DNA of 64,000 nucleotides from an uncultured Smithella sp. (lineage in GTDB: Bacteria; Desulfobacterota; Syntrophia; Syntrophales; Smithellaceae), in NCBI GenBank assembly GCA_964491435.1, contig CAZBGE010000002.1:5256-69255 (forward strand). Direction: 5' to 3'. Positions 59,236 through 64,000 of this stretch are shown here, piece after piece (position 1 is the first letter of the stretch; each line of letters starts with the position of its first letter). The position numbers and the translations under genes were made by a program. The notes under the pieces were generated by a model. It was not told where the DNA came from, ran no database searches, and saw only the letters and a list, made by a program, of their open reading frames with translations.

Positions 59236-60507
59236 TCAATATAGCAGTTGCGGTTCTGTCTTTCCAAAAAGAATCGTTGCCGGGGATGGTATGGCAATCC
59301 CCTTGTTTTCATCACGGCCCTGGAGGATATACCTCGGATTTTCATCGACAGATTCATTCACAGCCTGTCTGCAAAGAATTCCGATATCGCCGCCTTTCAC
59401 CCGGTTCCAAATCAACGTTAGTTTCATATTGGGAAATGCTGTGAACATTTCATAATCGCCGTCGCTGTCACCGGATGAGAAGACAGGATCCCAGTTTTTA
59501 CCGAGTCCTGTCTTAATCGCCATGTTAATCGCTTCAACTTTTCCCCCACGGTATGTCTTGACCCACCCTGCCTTATATTCGGGAAGAAGCCTTCCGTCAG
59601 CCGCTGACGCAATCTCCATCCCGATTACATTTTCGGCGGGAATATTGTACCCGAAACGGTTGATACCTGAAAATACCTCCACGATCGGTTTATAACTTGC
59701 CGTAACAATGTAAACATCAAAACCACTGTCTGTAAAGGCAGCCATCAGATTCTGCATTTCCGGAATGATACGCAACCCGGTTTTGAATGAATAACTTACC
59801 ACTCCGGCTTTTGATGGTAATGTATCCGGCGACTGCCATGTTTGTTTGCTTAATGGATTACCCAGCTCGTAAGAAATAGCTTCCGCAGCCATCTTCTTTA
59901 TTTCGTCCTTCGTATGACCCGTAAACAGGTATATCACCCAAGGATAACCGTAATCAGCCCCAATGCCGGCTGTTGAACAATACCCATCGTATAAAAAAGC
60001 AACTTTTGTCACAAAATCCCAATATTGAGGCTTGTTCTGCACCTCTGCAAACGACAACGTCCCGTTGGCTCCCAAATAATGATCGAACAAATAATTGTAA
60101 TCGTTTTCCAGGTCGGCGTTGATATCGGCTAATGGAATATTTTTGTATTCTGCGGACAATTGCGTAATGCCGTTGATATTGTCCCGGAGCAATCCTTTGA
60201 ATTGTTCCCTGGTCAATTTAAACTTCAGATGAAGCAACTGATAACGCATTGTAGCCTCTTCCACATCGAGATAAGCACAGGTCTGATCCCAATCCAGAAC
60301 AATGTATGGTGGTTTGTTCTCTTCACGGAACTTACCGCCGATGCCATAATCATCAATCAACCGCATCAACACCCTGTAGTTTTTTTCAGACCAGTTGGCT
60401 TTTTCCAGAGAGACGGGAGTGCATGCCCCGTTATTACTGCAACCGGAAATCGTCAACAGGAATACGATCAGCAGCAATGATGAAAGAAAAAATCTTTTAA
60501 TCTTCAT
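59236..60507 (-). CDS. HAD-superfamily hydrolase lipoprotein (phosphatase-like) with a large cap insertion
   Basis: Lipobox 'LLTISGCSNN'. HAD motif I 'VLDWDQT', motif II 'YIVTAS', motif III Lys in 'GGKVEAI', motif IV 'SGDSDGDYEM'. It starts 44 nt downstream of the RloB-like gene on the same strand. Confidence 0.65.
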   Translation of the reverse strand: MKIKRFFLSSLLLIVFLLTISGCSNNGACTPVSLEKANWSEKNYRVLMRLIDDYGIGGKFREENKPPYIVLDWDQTCAYLDVEEATMRYQLLHLKFKLTREQFKGLLRDNINGITQLSAEYKNIPLADINADLENDYNYLFDHYLGANGTLSFAEVQNKPQYWDFVTKVAFLYDGYCSTAGIGADYGYPWVIYLFTGHTKDEIKKMAAEAISYELGNPLSKQTWQSPDTLPSKAGVVSYSFKTGLRIIPEMQNLMAAFTDSGFDVYIVTASYKPIVEVFSGINRFGYNIPAENVIGMEIASAADGRLLPEYKAGWVKTYRGGKVEAINMAIKTGLGKNWDPVFSSGDSDGDYEMFTAFPNMKLTLIWNRVKGGDIGILCRQAVNESVDENPRYILQGRDENKGIAIPSPATILFGKTEPQLLY

Positions 60508-60551
60508 GATCCGTCAATAACCTTTCTGCCTTCCAGAGCGCATTTGAATCG

Positions 60552-61154
60552 TTAATGCTTTGATTTCCTTATGAGTCGTTCTACCAGTCGATAAAATGTT
60601 GTTCCTGTTGTTCTCGGCCAATCCTTGCATGGTGGATTATCACGTCCTTTAGCTCGCCGGACAGCGTCAGCGATCCTATCGGGGGTTATTTTGTGCGCAT
60701 CAATACTTTTGTCATAATCAGGAAGATAACGAACCAAACGCTCGGAGCATTGGCGCGAAGTTGCAATACCGCTGCCATCCTCAAAATGCAACAACAGCCA
60801 ATATTCGAATTTTGGATTACTTAATGCGAAGCCATAATTATCTTGTTCCTGAGACCATGCATGAAGCTTAGTCAGCTGCTCATCCGTCCATTGGTCTTTA
60901 TCTACGACCAGCCAAGCTTCATCAAAATTTCTTAGTTTCGTTTCTCTCAAGTGTTTTTTCATGCGTTGCAGCACATGAATCGGCGAACTTTCATTTTTAC
61001 CTTTCAGGCAATCAACATGAATCACCAATTCAAAATCATTAAAGATAGAAAAATACTGCGGTTCCGTTGCAACGCCTGCAACCGCGATAACAAACAGTCT
61101 TCGATAACGTCGTTCGCCAATTTGCCTCTGAAATTTCCTTCTTTTAGGCGGCAT
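60552..61154 (-). CDS. RloB-like (Toprim-related) protein, partner of the upstream ATPase
   Basis: 200 aa. 'FVIAVAGVATEPQYF' aligns to the RloB 'ilivCEGekTEpnYF' pattern. 'WLVVDKDQW' is DxD-like. 'LSNPKFEYWLLLHF' is also present. The start codon shares one nucleotide with the ATPase stop (TAATG). Confidence 0.75.
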   Translation of the reverse strand: MPPKRRKFQRQIGERRYRRLFVIAVAGVATEPQYFSIFNDFELVIHVDCLKGKNESSPIHVLQRMKKHLRETKLRNFDEAWLVVDKDQWTDEQLTKLHAWSQEQDNYGFALSNPKFEYWLLLHFEDGSGIATSRQCSERLVRYLPDYDKSIDAHKITPDRIADAVRRAKGRDNPPCKDWPRTTGTTFYRLVERLIRKSKH

Positions 61155-62503
61155 TATTTGTTTTCCTCATCATTTTCCGCCGCCCCGCAGGAACTTGCCA
61201 TTGTCCCTCTAAGCAATATGCGAGGAATGCCGCCTAAACGACCCTGCAGATAGCTTTTCCGAATATCCTTATCATAACGGACATCTTTGTATTCGCTGAA
61301 AGATATCATCTTCGATGCCCCAGACGAGTCTCTCTCCGCAACCCACATTTCGTCGCGACGAAGCAACTGCTGGTCCATCAGCAGAACATCATGCGTTGTC
61401 AACAGAAGCTGCGACCTTGATTCATGTGAACAGTTGGAAAGATATGAATCCAGTAGTTGACGAGTCAGCAAGGTATGCAGGCTGCGGTCAAGTTCATCAA
61501 TGACATAGACCTTTTTTGAATTTTTAGCTGAAAGTTCCAAAAACGCCGGTAGAAGATCAATGACTCGTTGTGAACCATCAGATTCTTGTCGAATATCGAA
61601 TTTTGCTTCAGAACCATCCGCTTTCGAGTGAAAAGCAACCAGTTTTTTTGCAACTAAATCCCCTTTTTTGCGAGTAAAAACAACACGCTCGTTGATGGGT
61701 TCTGTCATCATTCGCATGGTCATGCCATCTTTTATATCTTCTTGAATTTTATTTCTCAAAGGTTCTGGTATCTGTATGTTCTCAAAAGGAATCGGTTCAC
61801 CACCAAGATGAGCAATTCCTGTATCTAATTGGTGTAACATCTCATTCATTGTTATATAACGTGGATGATCTTCATCAAGAAACTGTTCAAATGGTTCAAA
61901 TCGTGAATCTGGTGCAACAAGTTCGAGAGTATCGTTAAACCAATCGTAAATAGGTTTAAAGATTTCAACTTTTTGCGAAACGGAATTTGTAAGAAAAAGC
62001 TGGTTTTCCCTGGTACCCTTAAAGGCAAATTCCAAAAATTGATCTTTAGAAAACGATTTATCAAAAATTATCTTCTCATCCTTACGATCATAAAGTGTTA
62101 TTTCACTCGTGGGTGTAATCTTCACCAGCTTTTCTTCCAGAATCGCTTTGCGAGTGACAGCAAAACTAAATTCATAAATGGTCTCATCGATAAGCAACTC
62201 AAAAATGAAACGCGATGGTAACTCGACACTTTTGGTATCCAGACGAAACGGTTCGACAGGAATCAGACTTCCGGGTCTGCTACCTTTGACAACTAATGCT
62301 TTGGCAAAATTAATTGCATTAAAAAAATTTGTTTTCCCTGACGCATTTCCGCCATAAAGCACGGCAATAGGAAGGATTCTTGTCTGGTACTTCGCCAATT
62401 TCGGTACACGTTCACTATGCTGACGCTCTTTGCTGGCTGTCATCATGAAAGTCACCTTTTCGCGAAACGACATCCAATTTTCTATCGAAAGTGATATAAT
62501 CAT
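61154..62503 (-). CDS. ABC/SMC-like AAA_21-type ATPase (RloA/AbiLi/OLD-N-terminal-like)
   Basis: 449 aa. N-terminus '[10 protein letters not shown]', Walker A '[10 protein letters not shown]', Walker B '[12 protein letters not shown]', and 'LLLTTHD'. RBS GAGGTG precedes ATG 62503. Confidence 0.8.
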   Translation of the reverse strand: MIISLSIENWMSFREKVTFMMTASKERQHSERVPKLAKYQTRILPIAVLYGGNASGKTNFFNAINFAKALVVKGSRPGSLIPVEPFRLDTKSVELPSRFIFELLIDETIYEFSFAVTRKAILEEKLVKITPTSEITLYDRKDEKIIFDKSFSKDQFLEFAFKGTRENQLFLTNSVSQKVEIFKPIYDWFNDTLELVAPDSRFEPFEQFLDEDHPRYITMNEMLHQLDTGIAHLGGEPIPFENIQIPEPLRNKIQEDIKDGMTMRMMTEPINERVVFTRKKGDLVAKKLVAFHSKADGSEAKFDIRQESDGSQRVIDLLPAFLELSAKNSKKVYVIDELDRSLHTLLTRQLLDSYLSNCSHESRSQLLLTTHDVLLMDQQLLRRDEMWVAERDSSGASKMISFSEYKDVRYDKDIRKSYLQGRLGGIPRILLRGTMASSCGAAENDEENK

Positions 62504-62548
62504 AACACACCTCTGTGAATAATGAGAAATAATCTCTTTATGTAGGAT

Positions 62549-62577
62549 AATTTACATCTATTTATACAATAATGCAA
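62549..62577 (-). promoter_or_regulatory. Possible promoter of the ATPase/RloB operon in an AT-rich spacer
   Basis: On the minus strand: TTGCAT (62577..62572), 17-nt spacer, TAAATT (62554..62549). Confidence 0.3.
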
Positions 62578-62640
62578 GAATTAATGTGAAAATATCTCTC
62601 AATTATCTTTTGATCTGAAAAGTTAGCAATAATAGGTTTT

Positions 62641-62772
62641 TCAGCCAACTGCCTGTTCGACGATGGCGTCGGCTAAATGGATTTGGGTGGTCTGGGCTTC
62701 CCGCAATCGGGCCTTTAATTTGTCGCACAGGGCCATTAGTTCATCGACTTTGGCAACGATCCGGTGCTGCTG
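62641..62772 (-). pseudogene. hsdS: C-terminal stub of a type I restriction-modification specificity subunit (hsdS remnant)
   Basis: The minus-strand translation is '[43 protein letters not shown]'. This matches the conserved HsdS C-terminal helix ('(E)[16 protein letters not shown].LEA'). There is no upstream remainder; the frame runs into antisense livG'. Confidence 0.7.
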
Positions 62773-63039
62773 CTTCTTGACGAACCGGCGGCGGGAATGA
62801 ACCCGCAGGAAACCAACGAGCTGGACAGCCTGATTTCACAACTGCAAAAGGATTTTAACCTTTCCATCCTGCTCATCGAACACGACATGAAACTGGTCAT
62901 GAATCTGGCGCAAAACATCTTTGTGCTGGACTACGGAGAAGAGATCGCGCGGGGAACACCGCAGGAAATCCGCAACAACCCGGCTGTCATTAAAGCCTAT
63001 CTGGGTGAGGAAGAAGGAGACGATGCTGAGATTAGCTGA
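62764..63039 (+). pseudogene. livG: 5'-truncated livG paralogue (C-terminal ~91 codons only)
   Basis: It begins at Walker B '[10 protein letters not shown]'. Walker A, the Q-loop and the signature motif are absent. By my count there are 5 aa differences in 90 versus LivG 58164..58436. Confidence 0.85.
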
Positions 63040-63730
63040 TGTTGAAACCCGCTACGGCGGCATCCGCGCCCTGAAAGGCATCTCTCTTTCAGTGACGCCG
63101 GGAGAAATCGTGGCCCTTATCGGGTCCAACGGTGCGGGAAAATCCACCACGCTCATGTCCGTCTCGGGCATCACGCCGGTTCATAGCGGACAAATCTTTT
63201 TTAACGGCAGTCCGATTGAAAAAACGGAGCCGGATAAAATCGTTGCCATGGGGATTTGCCAGGTTCCCGAAGGCAGGCATATCTTCCCGAAACTGAGCGT
63301 GCTGGAGAATCTGGAAATGGGCGCATTCCTGCGCAACGACCATGCGGAAATCAAAAACGATTTTGAATACGTTTACGGTCTTTTTCCTATCTTGCAGGAA
63401 CGGCGGCATCAGCAGGGCGGAACCCTGAGCGGCGGCGAGCAGCAGATGCTGGCCATTTCCCGCGCACTGATGGCCCGGCCCAAATTACTGCTGCTGGACG
63501 AACCTTCGCTGGGCCTTTCGCCATTAATGACCAAACTGATTTTTTCCACACTGGCCAAAATCAACGCCGAACACGGCACAACCATCTTTCTGGTGGAACA
63601 AAACGCCTTCATGGCGCTGAAACTGTCCCACCGCGCCTACGTTCTGGAAAACGGCAGCATCACTATGGAAGGAAAAGCCCGGGACCTGCTGCACAACGAG
63701 GATATCAAAAAAGCCTATCTGGGGATTTGA
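63023..63730 (+). CDS. livF: Second, full-length LivF paralogue (ABC ATP-binding protein) with no partner genes
   Basis: 235 aa with all motifs intact ('GSNGAGKST', 'LSGGEQQML', '[11 protein letters not shown]'). By manual alignment there are about 21 aa differences versus LivF at 58420..59127. Confidence 0.85.
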   Translation: MLRLADVETRYGGIRALKGISLSVTPGEIVALIGSNGAGKSTTLMSVSGITPVHSGQIFFNGSPIEKTEPDKIVAMGICQVPEGRHIFPKLSVLENLEMGAFLRNDHAEIKNDFEYVYGLFPILQERRHQQGGTLSGGEQQMLAISRALMARPKLLLLDEPSLGLSPLMTKLIFSTLAKINAEHGTTIFLVEQNAFMALKLSHRAYVLENGSITMEGKARDLLHNEDIKKAYLGI

Positions 63731-63882
63731 ACCGGAATTTAAACGCATCATCATAAACATCCCGTAAGCCAACTTTACACTTGACTTTTACTGTCTAATC
63801 GGCCATTTTTCAGCTGCAAGTAATTCCTCATGTGTGGGCTTCCGGATGGTTGCTCGTAAATAGCACATGGGGTTTTGCATTT

Positions 63883-64000
63883 TTAGGGGAAGAGCGGATT
63901 TTCCTCCATCATCTTTTCTTTGATCAGTTTGTAATCGAATTCATCCCCATGTTCGTTTTTGCGATAAATCGACAAACAAACGACAATCAAATCGACAACC
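63883..64000 (-). CDS. 3' end of an unidentified minus-strand ORF running off the window
   Basis: An open frame gives '...VVDLIVVCLSIYRKNEHGDEFDYKLIKEKMMEENPLFP*' with its stop at 63883..63885. Only 38 codons are visible and no family is recognised. Confidence 0.25.
   Translation of the reverse strand, partial: VVDLIVVCLSIYRKNEHGDEFDYKLIKEKMMEENPLFP

Larger units (their letters stand above)
62764..63730 (+). repeat. Copy B of the diverged ~0.97-kb direct repeat (livG' fragment plus livF')
   Basis: Colinear with 58161..59127. The left end abuts the hsdS stub, and the right end coincides with the livF' stop. Confidence 0.85.

Noticed and set aside
62764-63039. The 91-aa ORF as a functional mini ABC protein
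   Set aside because: It begins at Walker B and lacks Walker A, the Q-loop and the signature motif. Its apparent GTG start lies in the junction with the hsdS stub and has no RBS. It is called a livG pseudogene fragment.

Overview
This is a densely coding 64-kb chromosomal window with about 58 CDS. I saw no rRNA, tRNA, CRISPR array, IS element or integrase. Gene content suggests an anaerobic Desulfobacterota-like bacterium, but that is inference only: iorAB, an apgM-like gene next to hom, an HD-GYP response regulator, split PurO plus AICARFT-only PurH, an EF-G paralogue, and a B12-type radical SAM.

Most of the window is housekeeping:
- phoH / 7TM-HD / ybeY
- an M16 peptidase pair and an M20 peptidase
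- fba, tsaC, purE, purO/purH, ppi, mog, dtd, guaB, dnaE, cbpA, iorAB, hom, recG, purMN, pfk
- a complete livKHMGF operon

The one clearly accessory segment is 59.1-62.8 kb, a lower-GC island on the minus strand. It carries a translationally coupled ABC-type (AAA_21-like) ATPase and RloB/Toprim-like pair. This has split-OLD / AbiL / PARIS-like architecture, and the canonical Toprim Glu appears to be replaced by Ala. A HAD-type lipoprotein gene lies downstream. A 43-codon C-terminal stub of a type I R-M hsdS gene lies upstream, fused head-on to a 5'-truncated second copy of livG. The island is bracketed by a diverged (~90% identical) ~0.97-kb direct repeat made of the livG 3' end plus livF. I consider this the best candidate for a phage-defence or novel accessory system.

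Secondary oddities:
- a tightly coupled radical-SAM / small-TM / M16 / M16 / M20 operon
- an exact 13-nt inverted repeat bracketing livK
- a Cys-less 'sunset/Ada-like' lipoprotein
- a 526-aa PhaC-like protein with a phasin-like partner
- a crtI-like protein with a degenerate FAD motif, translationally coupled to pfk
- an in-frame 24-nt direct repeat inside purH

All family assignments come from motif reading by eye, not from database searches.
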